Below, piece by piece: positions 25,502 through 35,440 of a stretch of 64,000 nt of DNA; position 1 is the stretch's first letter; each line of letters opens with the position of its first letter. The stretch spans positions 14,788-78,787 of the forward strand of contig OMJM01000031.1 in NCBI GenBank assembly GCA_900299345.1, written 5' to 3'. The translations under genes and the position numbers were made by a program. This stretch comes from a bacterium. GTDB taxonomy: Bacteria > Fibrobacterota > Fibrobacteria > UBA11236. The notes beneath the pieces were generated by a model. The model was not told the origin of the DNA and did no database searches. It saw nothing but the letters and a program-made list of their open reading frames with translations.

Positions 25502-27370
25502 TTAAAAAGCCTGGCTCAGATCAAGAATAAATCTCTGTTGTGAGACATTTCTCGGGTCCCATGCGTAATCGATGCGGATATTGAACAATGAAAGAAAGAT
25601 GTAGCGCAGACCGGCTCCCACCGCCCTTCCCTGTCCAACCGGTGTAAGTTGTTGTCCCACCTCCCACACATTGCCATAGTCCGCAAAGGGTACCAGCTGC
25701 AAACCCAAAAAATATCGGAACGCGCCTTCCGATGAAACCCAGGAAGGCTGAAAAGGCTGAAATCGCAACTCGGCAGATGCCAGAAAGTAGGCTGGCTCAA
25801 TGTCATTGGAACAGATGGTATCGACGATTTCGGGACATACCGCACGCCAATCCTCACTGCGGATGCTGCGCGGTCCCCCTTGGAAAAATCGTTCCGAATT
25901 AATGCTCCCTTTCCCAAAAAAACGTCCACCGTCAAGCCGCAATGCCAGCACAAGCCAATGTCCCGCGGGAATGTATGCTGCATTCTCAGCTTCCAACCAG
26001 TTATGGCGGTTTCCAAAAAGGGAGAAGTGCCCGTTGTCAAGAATGGGGCCACCATTGCCCCATGTCAATGCCGTGCGCGTACCGCGCGCTGGATTCACAG
26101 CGTCATCGAGCTGTTCCATAAAAACCGAGTTGATGTAATTCTGTGTGAAATCCCGCTGACGTCCCGAATCCGCCTGCGTACTCTTGCCCACAAACTCGGT
26201 GCCACTGACGACGCGCAACCACGGAAGCAATTGCCGTGAAAGCTTGCTCTCATTGAACACCTCGAAGTTTCCATGGAACCATCCGCGGTTCAGGACAAGA
26301 TCTTGATCCTGAAACCAGTTGACGGTGAAGTTATTGTCGAAACGCACCGAGGTTCCAAAAAGCAGCGGAGCGCCGTAACCGAGAAACAGGGATTGCTTGC
26401 GTTGCGCCACTGTCAGGGTCACATGTCCTTCCTGCAAATGCCCACCCATATTGGCGTGCGACCATCCCGTAGAACCTCCCCATCCGTAGAGGTTTTCCCA
26501 AAAGGCGGAAAGTTCGATATCTCCCGGCTGCTTCTCTTCCGCGTTCAGCAGAAGGGCACTTCTTTGCCCCGAATCCATGGAGCTGTCACGAACTCGCACG
26601 AAATTGAAGGCGCGAGTGGATTTGAGTTTCCGCTCGAATGTATTGATATCCTTCAACGAAAGCGTGTCTCCACGCCGCAACGAAAAAAGACTCCGCATCA
26701 ATGCAGGGGATGTTTTTCCGGTCGACACACCGAGGCTGTCGCCCTCGCGCAACACGTGCAACATCAAGGTGTCAAAGACCAGGGCGGATCCCGGCTCCAC
26801 GCGAAAGGCCACGTCCACCGCCTTGTGCGCGGTATCATAAAAAAGCGATTCGGCCGCCTGCGCCTTGAGGAATCCGTGATCGCCATAGAACTTGAGCAAA
26901 TCGCGCCGGTCCTTGTACAACAAGGTCTTGTCGAATGGCTTGGAGGAACGGACGCGAAGATCAGTGATTTCATAGACTGGGTAGCTCCCTTGCGGCAGGC
27001 GTACCACCACAGAGTCAAAATGGTAGCGCTCCCCTTCTTCAATGCGCACCTGCACGACGGGATGTTTCCATTGGAGCGTATCCCCGCGCGGCGGGTGAAT
27101 GGAAACCCGTACGTCGAAATATCCTTCGTCGTGATAGGCCTCTCCCAAAAGGAAGGCCGCATCCTGCGCCCAAAAATCCCAGTCCTGATCCTGCCAGTCT
27201 GCAGTCTGATCCGGAGGTTCGATGAGGGACTCAACGCGACGTTCGCTGAACACATCCGCACCCGTGATGTGAAATACGGGATTGTTCGGCGCAGCACGGA
27301 CAGCACAAAGTGCGCAAAACAAAAATGCGGGGAACAGCAAGGTCCGGAATCGCAAAGCCTTCACCACCAA
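25502..27370 (-). CDS. Omp85-family outer-membrane protein (BamA/TamA-like; POTRA + D15 surface-antigen barrel)
   Basis: Signal peptide; C-terminal barrel with ..AVGAGLRYIFLSLFNIRIDYAWD....FILDLSQAF ending in aromatic Phe as in Omp85 barrels; start overlaps stop of TamB-like gene by 10 nt. Confidence 0.8.
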   Translation of the reverse strand: MVVKALRFRTLLFPAFLFCALCAVRAAPNNPVFHITGADVFSERRVESLIEPPDQTADWQDQDWDFWAQDAAFLLGEAYHDEGYFDVRVSIHPPRGDTLQWKHPVVQVRIEEGERYHFDSVVVRLPQGSYPVYEITDLRVRSSKPFDKTLLYKDRRDLLKFYGDHGFLKAQAAESLFYDTAHKAVDVAFRVEPGSALVFDTLMLHVLREGDSLGVSTGKTSPALMRSLFSLRRGDTLSLKDINTFERKLKSTRAFNFVRVRDSSMDSGQRSALLLNAEEKQPGDIELSAFWENLYGWGGSTGWSHANMGGHLQEGHVTLTVAQRKQSLFLGYGAPLLFGTSVRFDNNFTVNWFQDQDLVLNRGWFHGNFEVFNESKLSRQLLPWLRVVSGTEFVGKSTQADSGRQRDFTQNYINSVFMEQLDDAVNPARGTRTALTWGNGGPILDNGHFSLFGNRHNWLEAENAAYIPAGHWLVLALRLDGGRFFGKGSINSERFFQGGPRSIRSEDWRAVCPEIVDTICSNDIEPAYFLASAELRFQPFQPSWVSSEGAFRYFLGLQLVPFADYGNVWEVGQQLTPVGQGRAVGAGLRYIFLSLFNIRIDYAWDPRNVSQQRFILDLSQAF

Positions 27371-30300
27371 TTCCAGAATCTATAGTGATAGCGCAGGCCC
27401 ACCTGCTGTCGGACCTGACGCTCTTCTTCTACGTCGAGGTGATCGGGCGGGCGTGTTTCGACCGAAGCTTCAACCGTCCAGCGATCCTTGATTTTTTCGC
27501 GGGAGGCGCTATCGCTGACCAGTTCCTCCAACGGTGGACGATATTCAATACCGAGCTTTCCTTCCCACGGATTGGCAAGTTTTCTTTCGGGATAGTACCC
27601 GGCGCGGCCCTTGAGGCTCACGCGGTACTTCTCCTTTGTTTGAACTTCCACCGAGTAAGGCTCATAAGTGCTGCTGCTGTCTCCACCTCCTACGTGAGCA
27701 CCCAGTCCGCTCACCTGCGTGGATTGAATGAAACCGCCGGACACCGCCTTGATCCCCTGGCTTGAAAACTGACTCACCGTGGCGTCGATCAGGGCCGCCT
27801 TCACGTCGCCCTGTACGGAGGTGGCGCAGCCCTGCTTTGCCCAACTGATCACCACAGTGGGAGACACGGGTTGCGAAGTGGTACCCACAGTTTTTCCGCA
27901 GTCGGTGTCATAACTGAAATTCATCTCACGAAGTTCGCCGTTAAGCTTGATGTAAATGGGACACGTGCTGCGGGTATTCGGTTGGCAGTCGACAAGCACC
28001 TTCTTTTCTCCCTCCGCGTAGATCGTGCCCTCGTCCAGAGTGGCATTATCCCACTTGACTTCAAAGTCCCGCAAGTCATACACCTGACCCGAAAGGCCAA
28101 TTTCACCGCGTAATCCCGAAACCTTGCCGTTGAAGAGCGTATAGGGATAAACCCCCTTGATGTGGAGGTCGCCCAAAAAATTCAGGCGTAACACATCCGT
28201 GTCTACCCGGTTGTTGGAACCGATGGCTTCCACATCCACGTCAAGTTCCCAGGGTTTGGACCGATGAGCAGATCCACCACCCCCTTTGGAACGCTTAAAG
28301 ACATTGAGATAGCCCACCACCTCTTTGAAACCCACCCGGCGTTGAAAAAAGAAATCGCGTGCTCGAGTTCGTAACAGTAGTTTGGGAACTTCCACGGCAT
28401 CGGCAGGAGGTATGGACATCGCGAATATCAAGCCATCGAACCCACTTTGCATCTGCGAGCCGGAAACCGGCATCTGGAAAGTGCCAGACGCCACGCGTGC
28501 GTTGAGATTGAACGTTGTACCGGCCGTCCAATCAAGATGACCCGTAACTCCCCGGCCATGAATCTTCTGTCCTTGAGGAAGCGCCAGTCGCAATTCGTCA
28601 CCTTCAAACTGAAAGTTGACCGACACGGGAGCTTCTAAACGTGCCCGCAATTCCCCGGTGAGGCTTCCACCCTGTGAATTACGGATACGGAGGTTCCTCG
28701 AAGTCAATACACCCCGTTCAAGCGTCAGCCCGCCATCCACGCGTTGCGTGTCCAAAGCCGAAATATACAGCAGGCTCAATGTGCGCGATGAAAAAGCCGT
28801 CCCTTCCCAGATGTTTCCGGAAAGCGGCATTGACAAATCCCCTTGCAGGTTCACAGCATCCAGAAATCCGGCTTCACCGCCGAGCTTCGCGCGGCCCGCG
28901 GCTTTCAAATTGCCACGGAGCATTGTCCAGTTTTCAAATGCCCCGGCAAAATCAACGGTCAGCGGCCCGCTCCGCGCACCGATTGTAAGACGCGGACGTT
29001 CCGTTCCCAAGCCCAGCAGCACTGCGTCCAAGGTATCAGCCAACAATGGATGTTTCGTCGATGTGCTCGACGCCGAAATAAGCAGGGAGTCTCCCCGGCC
29101 ATTGAGTGAAACGTCGGAGACCTGCAGAATTCCCTCCAAAGCCGGAACTTGTAAATCTCTGGCCTTCAGATTACCAAGCCATCCGTTGGACGCATCGTAC
29201 TGGATATTGCCGTTCAGCGTCCCGTTCACGGGTACATGACCATCCGCCGAGGCCTTTGCCAACTCCAAAACTTCACCAATCTGAAGCTCGTCAGCATGCA
29301 GACGCCACGACTTCACGGAACCGGGATGCAAATGAGACAGTCCCGCCAATGAGCGTCCTTCCAAACTTATCTCTGCCCCTCCCGACAAACTCGCAGCTCC
29401 GGAGTGCAATTCGCCGTTGAAGATTTTCATTCTCTCGCGATCCCAGGAAAATTCAGCGCGCCCTTTCAGTGACTTTCCCTCGTAGGCAAACACCGCGCTC
29501 AAGTCTGATGCGCCGCCGCCTGAAACGGGATTCCATGCAAAGTGTCCATCGACTTCCGGATGAAACCGGGAAAGCCTGTGGAGAGGTCGATAAGGGAAAT
29601 AACCCGCCTGTAAATTTTCGGCGTCCACCTCGATCGAATCAGGAACCTGCATTCTGAACCGGACACGGCCGAATTCAGCATGTGACAGATCGAATGCGAG
29701 CTTCGGACCCTTAAATCCAGGATAACGCGCCCAGATCACATGGCCTGACCCCTGGAACACCTGTCCATCGTGATAGATGCGGCTCGAACGCAAGAAGTAC
29801 CCGGCCGAATCGATATTGATGTCCTGTACCAGTTCCACGCTGTCCGCTACGGCCCCATAAGCCCTGGTGTTGCGCAGCCGGGACACCACATGCACGTTGT
29901 TCTTTTCCCAGACCCCTTCGATTTTTCCGGAATGAAAAGCCACATTGGTATCCGTCCAAATCACAGCCCAGCGTTCGCCCGGTGACACATCGCCTGAAAA
30001 TTCCAGACGCTTGGCATGTTCACCGTTCCAGCGAAGCTCGACCCGCGAACTATCGGACGAAACAACATTTGCCTCGGCAATCAGACCCTGTTCGAGACGC
30101 AGGCTCGGGATTTCAAATTCGATGGGCAATTCGTGGGTGCCGACACGCCAGTAAACCCCCTTGGTGCGCATGGCAAGCAACGCTCCGTACTTTTTCCAGT
30201 CGGGCTTTACAAGCCATTCTGGAGGGTGCCTCCATTGGCCTTCAAGATGAAGCTGCTGGCGCAGACTACCCTGGCCCGAAAGGCGCACTTCGCCTCCGAT

Positions 30301-31173
30301 GGAATCGCACACGAGTTTCAAGTGCCACAGCGCGGACTCCAAAATATGGAACGAATCCGTATGAGCCGTGAAAGCCAATGAAAACTTTTCACGCTTCCAA
30401 TCAATCTTGCCGCCGACTTTTACACCGGTAATTTCAGGCGCATTCCGCAGCCATTTTGCTGGAAGCCAGCGACGCGGGCTGCCGAGGGCGACATACAGAG
30501 AATCTTGTCCATGAGGCAAAAATTTGTTCTCGTGTTCGCCGACGACTTCAACGCTGTCGCCGGCATGCGATGCCTGAAGACGGTAATGCACGCTCTTTCC
30601 GTACCATCGAACCGCCAGCGTCAGATCCGCCTCCAGGGGCGGCAAGGCCGAATCTGCAAACACCCCTCTCACATGAAAACGGCCGTTCAATCCCCATGGA
30701 CCCGAACTGCTCCATCGTGCTCTTTCCACAGATATTGCGGGCAATGATTCTGGGACGACATTCAATATGCGCCATTCGACGGATACCGGAAGCGGAAACC
30801 GGAGGGCCGGGAACTCCGTGACGGGTTTACCCGTTTTAGGGCGCGGGACAACACGCACGTTTGCGGAATCAAGAACCACGTGGATTTCCGCGGGCCGCGA
30901 TCCGAAGTGAACCCACCCCAAGAGATGCACGGAGGCTTTCGATAGAAACACTTTTTCATAGGGTGACTCGGCAGCCCCGGAATCCACTTCAACGGCCAGC
31001 AACGGGGAAATATGTACGCCGTGAAACTGGAGTTTCCACTCACCCACTTGCCGTTCGGTAGCCAGCACATGCTCGGCCGCCTTGGCAAGCAAAAAAACCG
31101 CAACGGGAGTCCCTATCAGGATCAGTGCGAGACCGATCCAGACCATGCGGAACATCCTGTGGAATAACACCAT
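27361..31173 (-). CDS. tamB: TamB-like translocation-and-assembly-module protein (AsmA-like/DUF490 family), 1270 aa
   Basis: N-terminal TM anchor MVWIGLALILIGTPVAVFLLA, very long beta-rich periplasmic body, C-terminal region ..SVETRPPDHLDVEEERQVRQQVGLRYHYRFW typical of the TamB C-terminal DUF490 domain; genomic coupling to Omp85 gene. Confidence 0.7.
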   Translation of the reverse strand: MVLFHRMFRMVWIGLALILIGTPVAVFLLAKAAEHVLATERQVGEWKLQFHGVHISPLLAVEVDSGAAESPYEKVFLSKASVHLLGWVHFGSRPAEIHVVLDSANVRVVPRPKTGKPVTEFPALRFPLPVSVEWRILNVVPESLPAISVERARWSSSGPWGLNGRFHVRGVFADSALPPLEADLTLAVRWYGKSVHYRLQASHAGDSVEVVGEHENKFLPHGQDSLYVALGSPRRWLPAKWLRNAPEITGVKVGGKIDWKREKFSLAFTAHTDSFHILESALWHLKLVCDSIGGEVRLSGQGSLRQQLHLEGQWRHPPEWLVKPDWKKYGALLAMRTKGVYWRVGTHELPIEFEIPSLRLEQGLIAEANVVSSDSSRVELRWNGEHAKRLEFSGDVSPGERWAVIWTDTNVAFHSGKIEGVWEKNNVHVVSRLRNTRAYGAVADSVELVQDINIDSAGYFLRSSRIYHDGQVFQGSGHVIWARYPGFKGPKLAFDLSHAEFGRVRFRMQVPDSIEVDAENLQAGYFPYRPLHRLSRFHPEVDGHFAWNPVSGGGASDLSAVFAYEGKSLKGRAEFSWDRERMKIFNGELHSGAASLSGGAEISLEGRSLAGLSHLHPGSVKSWRLHADELQIGEVLELAKASADGHVPVNGTLNGNIQYDASNGWLGNLKARDLQVPALEGILQVSDVSLNGRGDSLLISASSTSTKHPLLADTLDAVLLGLGTERPRLTIGARSGPLTVDFAGAFENWTMLRGNLKAAGRAKLGGEAGFLDAVNLQGDLSMPLSGNIWEGTAFSSRTLSLLYISALDTQRVDGGLTLERGVLTSRNLRIRNSQGGSLTGELRARLEAPVSVNFQFEGDELRLALPQGQKIHGRGVTGHLDWTAGTTFNLNARVASGTFQMPVSGSQMQSGFDGLIFAMSIPPADAVEVPKLLLRTRARDFFFQRRVGFKEVVGYLNVFKRSKGGGGSAHRSKPWELDVDVEAIGSNNRVDTDVLRLNFLGDLHIKGVYPYTLFNGKVSGLRGEIGLSGQVYDLRDFEVKWDNATLDEGTIYAEGEKKVLVDCQPNTRSTCPIYIKLNGELREMNFSYDTDCGKTVGTTSQPVSPTVVISWAKQGCATSVQGDVKAALIDATVSQFSSQGIKAVSGGFIQSTQVSGLGAHVGGGDSSSTYEPYSVEVQTKEKYRVSLKGRAGYYPERKLANPWEGKLGIEYRPPLEELVSDSASREKIKDRWTVEASVETRPPDHLDVEEERQVRQQVGLRYHYRFWNWW

Positions 31174-31332
31174 CTACCCGCGCTGCCCTGTTCGCTAAAA
31201 ACCTCAAATTACTTAAGTGGCGAAGTCCCCGTACTGTATCCATGCTGTGGGCGCGTGTCTGGAATGGCTTTTTATGCTAATTTAAAGCACCCTCACAATC
31301 CAAAAGTTGTTACGCACAAAAAGGCAAACCTT

Positions 31333-33810
31333 ATGAAGAAACGCTTGCTTCTGCTCCCCATGTTCGTCGCGGTGGCTGCCTGTAATGGAGGCTTGGGCGA
31401 CAAAGGTCACATGATCGCCCGCATCGATGGAAAGCCCTTCACGGAAGAAGAACTGGATTTGCGGTTGAACACGCTCAGCGATGAACAGCGCGAGGCAATT
31501 CTTGCCAATCCGGAAGAAAAGCGCAACAACTTCGAAAACATCCTGCGCACCCGCCTCTATGCCTTGGCGGGACAACGGGGGGATTTCGCAAATGTGGACT
31601 CCCTCAAGCGGCGTCTCGCGCTGATCGATCAGCGCGTGATGACGCAGTATTATTTCGACGCTTATATCAACGAAAATGGCGGCCAGTCCCGCAAGGATCT
31701 GGAAACCTATTACCGTGCCAACCCCTCAAAATTCACTGGCGACTCCGGCAAGGTTCTTCCTTTTTCAAAAGTGTCCGCACGCGTGGCGGATTCCCTGCTA
31801 TTGTCGCACGCCAACATTGACTCGTTTTATCAGGCCAGTCGTAACATATACGTGGAAAGAGCCAACTGTCTCGTTTCCATCATCCAGACGTCAAAATTGA
31901 AAGACGCCCAAGCCGCTGTGAAGGCCATTCAAGGAGGAATGTCTTTCGGAGATGCCGCTGCCAAATTCTCCACCCACGCCACCAAGATCAGCCAGGGCAA
32001 ATTGGGGAAAGTCGTCAAGGGTGAAGGCAATTACGACATCGGTTCCACCGTCACGGTGGACAGCCTGTTGTTCAATCCCGAAACACGGCTGAAGGAAGGT
32101 CAGGTTTCCGGGCCAATCCGCAAGGATTCTGCCACATTCGTGCTGGTCCGCTCTGATTCTCTCCAGGAGGAAAGATTGCCTCCTCTGGCAAGCGTCGGCG
32201 TGCGCGTGCTGAGCGACTATGTCCGCACTTACAAGGAGCAACTCAGCCAAAATGCGATGGCTGCTCTCAAGGCAAAATACAAGGCGAAAACGGTCTCCCC
32301 CTACAAGAATCCGAGCGAAGCGGACATCAAATCCTACTACGAACAAAACCAGAGCGACTATGAAAGCCCGGAAACGTTTGAGCTTTACCACATCGAAATC
32401 TCAAACAAGGACAAGGTGGCGAAATCGTTCAAGTCCGTGAAGGATTTGAACGGCTTCAAGGCTCTGGCGGCAAAGTTTTCCGAGAATAAGATGACCAAAG
32501 CCCAGAGCGGATACTTGGGGGTAATTAAACGTGACTTCTGCTTACCCTACGGAGTAGGCATGTTGCCGGAACTTTTCACGGCTCTGGACACGATTCGCGA
32601 AGGCAAAATCAGCACGCCGGTGGAAAGCCCCGACACCCAGAAATGGCATTTCTTCTGGCTGGTCAAAAAGGAACCTCGCAAGGTCAAAACCTTGGAACGC
32701 GTCCACGCGTTGGTCATGTCCGACATGGCCGTCAACAGATTGGCCCAGATCAAGCCCACCGATACTCTGGCAGTCTATGGCGACGGCAAGGTCCTGCGCG
32801 AAAGTGATGTGATTTTCTTGAAGGACGAAATCCCCCCGCAGATGCGCGAACGTTACACGCGGGACAATCTCGTGGAATATCTCCTTACTTGGAGACTCGC
32901 CACAGATGAAGCCATGGCGCTTGGTTTGACCGATGAAAAACGCCTTATCGCACTGCGCCTTCAAAATGAGGATGGCTACTGGAGCCGCCTATATCAAGAC
33001 TCAATCATGACGAGATCCTACGAAGAGGACAGCGCCGCACTCGCAAAACTTTACAAGGAAAAACGCGGACTGTTTACCAAGGACAGCGCCGACAACGACT
33101 GGCATCGATACTCGCACGACATTGCGGGTTATCTGATGCTGACCCCGCAAGATTTCAATATCGAATACTACACCAACCCGGAACGTTACCGCCGCGATAC
33201 GGTCCTCCCTGCGCTTTCGTCGGTCATGTTCGAAGTGTTCCAGAACCTTAAGTCTGCCGCATTCCAGCGCCTGGATGAAAAAATCCTCAAAACCCTCAAA
33301 ACCCGGTTTGACGTGCAGATCGTAGATGGAAGCCTGAACCAACCCTCACTTGAGCCAGTGGGTGAAACCTACAAGAAGGCGCAAAATCTGCACTACGATC
33401 GCAAATTGGATCAGGCCCTGGGCCTTTACGGCAAGCTCCGCGATCAATTCCCGGCACGCACGGGACTGCAAGACTCGGTCTGTTTCGGAATCGCACAGAT
33501 TTATATCGAACAGGAGCGCTACCAACAGGCCTTGGCGGAATACCGCAGGGTCAGCTACCTCTATCCGAACAGTGCGAACAATTACAAGGCGATGTTCATG
33601 GTTGGGTTCATCCAGTCCGAACATCTCAAGAATGATTCCGCCGCCGTGCAATCTTTTGAGAGCATGCTGGCAAAATATCCGAATACCGACCTATCCGACG
33701 ATGCGGATTGGATGATCCGGAACATCCGCAGTGGCGGGAAACTGATGCCTGTTCTGGAAGGCGATAGCGCTTCAACACCCGCAGATTCGACAAGTGGCAA
33801 GAAGAAATAA
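31333..33810 (+). CDS. lipoprotein peptidyl-prolyl isomerase/chaperone (SurA/PpiD-like) with C-terminal TPR-like domain
   Basis: Lipobox LLPMFVAVAAC; SurA-N-like region; parvulin-like segments (..KAIQGGMSFGDAAAKFS.., ..KALAAKFSENKMTKAQSGYLGVIKRDF..); C-terminal TPR-like helices (YKKAQNLHYDRKLDQALGLYGKLRDQFP..YIEQERYQQALAEYRRV). Confidence 0.7.
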   Translation: MKKRLLLLPMFVAVAACNGGLGDKGHMIARIDGKPFTEEELDLRLNTLSDEQREAILANPEEKRNNFENILRTRLYALAGQRGDFANVDSLKRRLALIDQRVMTQYYFDAYINENGGQSRKDLETYYRANPSKFTGDSGKVLPFSKVSARVADSLLLSHANIDSFYQASRNIYVERANCLVSIIQTSKLKDAQAAVKAIQGGMSFGDAAAKFSTHATKISQGKLGKVVKGEGNYDIGSTVTVDSLLFNPETRLKEGQVSGPIRKDSATFVLVRSDSLQEERLPPLASVGVRVLSDYVRTYKEQLSQNAMAALKAKYKAKTVSPYKNPSEADIKSYYEQNQSDYESPETFELYHIEISNKDKVAKSFKSVKDLNGFKALAAKFSENKMTKAQSGYLGVIKRDFCLPYGVGMLPELFTALDTIREGKISTPVESPDTQKWHFFWLVKKEPRKVKTLERVHALVMSDMAVNRLAQIKPTDTLAVYGDGKVLRESDVIFLKDEIPPQMRERYTRDNLVEYLLTWRLATDEAMALGLTDEKRLIALRLQNEDGYWSRLYQDSIMTRSYEEDSAALAKLYKEKRGLFTKDSADNDWHRYSHDIAGYLMLTPQDFNIEYYTNPERYRRDTVLPALSSVMFEVFQNLKSAAFQRLDEKILKTLKTRFDVQIVDGSLNQPSLEPVGETYKKAQNLHYDRKLDQALGLYGKLRDQFPARTGLQDSVCFGIAQIYIEQERYQQALAEYRRVSYLYPNSANNYKAMFMVGFIQSEHLKNDSAAVQSFESMLAKYPNTDLSDDADWMIRNIRSGGKLMPVLEGDSASTPADSTSGKKK

Positions 33811-33862
33811 AACCTTTTTTTAGATTGGTGGATGTGGAAACTGCTGTTAGCACGAGGTACTT

Positions 33863-35281
33863 ATGAACCCACTTTTACAACGTTCTTTGCTTAAAAAACT
33901 CGGGTTTGCAGCGGTTGGGGTCACGTTGGGCGTTTTGCTGCTCAACAGTTGCGACGACATCGGATATAGCCCTTACGCACCGGTCATCACCTACAAGAAG
34001 GTGGCCATTTCTGCCTTCAAAAACACGGCCATTCTTCCCGATTACGTGGTGGCTTCGGGTGACGGGGTGATCGACGGGTATTCCGTCAGCCCTGCCCTTC
34101 CGACGGGTCTGACATTGGATGCAAAAACCGGCACCATCTCGGGCACTCCTACCGCCGGAACCCCCTGTCAGAACTACGTCGTCTCCGCATCTGGCCCCAG
34201 TGGCCACGATACGTCAACCGTAACGATCTGTGTGAGTGACAGCGCGAACACCTATCGTGTCAACAAAGGCCCTTTCCCGCCCTTCATTACTTACAAACGG
34301 CTTTCGATTGAGGCCGTTAAAAACAAGACTATTCGTTCGGATACTGTGATCGATACTACTGGCGGCGCCATTACCAGTTATTCAGTTACTCCCGCACTGC
34401 CGGCGGGCCTGGCCTTGAACACCGCCAACGGCGTCATTTCCGGAAAACCCACCACCACGGATACTGCAGCGCGCCTCTACACGATTACCGCAACCGGCCC
34501 CAGTGGCACGGGTGACGCCCACATAGGAATTTGTATTGCCCCCGACAGCCTGCATCCTTGCGTTGCCGATGTGCGTCCGCCCTCCGTCTATTATAACGAA
34601 AGCTTCATCTGGACGACTCCTGGAGTGGCGCTTGTACCCGACAGCGCCAACTCGTTCGCAGGACGGATTACCAAGTTTACCGTGTCTCCCGCATTGCCGG
34701 CAGGCATCAGCCTGGATTCCGTCAAAGGCATCATTTCCGGAACCCCGACGGCTACTGTCACGGCGCGTGATTACCACGTTCTGGTGACCGGACCATTCGG
34801 CATTGACTCGTCACAAATCATCTATATCGCTGTTTTCGACAACAATATTCCGCAAGCCCTGTTGAAAAAAGGAAAGGCGCGTTTCAGCGGTGTTTGTTCC
34901 GGCTGTCACGGTCAATTAGGTTTGGGTGCACCGCCTGATGTTCATCCGGGTCGTGGCGCCACTCCGCCACTGGCGCATTCCGACTTCCTGATGGCCAATC
35001 GCCATCGTCCCATCCGCATCCAAATGATGGGACTTCCCAATGCCATCGACTCCTTCGCGCCCATTATCGTGGCCGGTGACACATATGATTCTCACATGCC
35101 CTCCGTCGGAGGAAATGATTCAGACATTGCCTCTGTACTGACCTTCGTCCGAGCCATGTTCAATGGAGCCACGGATTATATAAGCGTCAGTGAAGTGGCT
35201 CATGTCCGTGACAGCGTGGCCGCATTGGATTGTGATCGCGATGGCCAGCGTGACGGTTGCGGTATCGACACGACGCACTAG
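33863..35281 (+). CDS. lipoprotein with four He_PIG (putative Ig) repeats fused to a C-terminal mono-heme cytochrome c domain
   Basis: Lipobox LLLNSC; four repeats of ..Y(S/T)V(S/T)PALPaGL.LD...G.ISGTPT.. (He_PIG signature); single CSGCH heme-binding motif followed by HMPSV (possible Met ligand). Confidence 0.7.
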   Translation: MNPLLQRSLLKKLGFAAVGVTLGVLLLNSCDDIGYSPYAPVITYKKVAISAFKNTAILPDYVVASGDGVIDGYSVSPALPTGLTLDAKTGTISGTPTAGTPCQNYVVSASGPSGHDTSTVTICVSDSANTYRVNKGPFPPFITYKRLSIEAVKNKTIRSDTVIDTTGGAITSYSVTPALPAGLALNTANGVISGKPTTTDTAARLYTITATGPSGTGDAHIGICIAPDSLHPCVADVRPPSVYYNESFIWTTPGVALVPDSANSFAGRITKFTVSPALPAGISLDSVKGIISGTPTATVTARDYHVLVTGPFGIDSSQIIYIAVFDNNIPQALLKKGKARFSGVCSGCHGQLGLGAPPDVHPGRGATPPLAHSDFLMANRHRPIRIQMMGLPNAIDSFAPIIVAGDTYDSHMPSVGGNDSDIASVLTFVRAMFNGATDYISVSEVAHVRDSVAALDCDRDGQRDGCGIDTTH

Positions 35282-35294
35282 CATTCAGAATGCA

Positions 35295-35321
35295 AAAGCC
35301 AGACCGAATCGATCTGGCTTT
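35295..35321. terminator. hairpin usable as bidirectional terminator (lipoprotein gene on + / tRNA-Gly on -)
   Basis: 9-bp stem AAAGCCAGA/TCTGGCTTT with 9-nt loop, T/A runs on both sides. Confidence 0.4.
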
Positions 35322-35397
35322 TGGAGCGGATTATCGGACTCGAACCGACGACCATCTGCATGGGAAGCAGAAGCTCTACCAACTGAGCTAAATCCGC
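35322..35397 (-). tRNA. tRNA-Gly (anticodon CCC)
   Basis: Reverse complement folds as GCGGATT-TA-GCTC-AGTTGGTA-GAGC-T-TCTGC-TTCCCAT-GCAGA-TGGTC-GTCGG-TTCGAGT-CCGAT-AATCCGC-T-CCA; 76 nt. Confidence 0.85.
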
Positions 35398-35440
35398 GTG
35401 GCGGCTTAATATAGAACAACCTGGAGAAGAGCAAAAACAC

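Noticed and set aside
26273-27385. 370-aa plus-strand ORF antisense to the Omp85 gene; many 60-200-aa ORFs antisense to tamB (28616..29239 etc.)
   Set aside because: Shadow ORFs; the Omp85/TamB frames are continuous and family-consistent.
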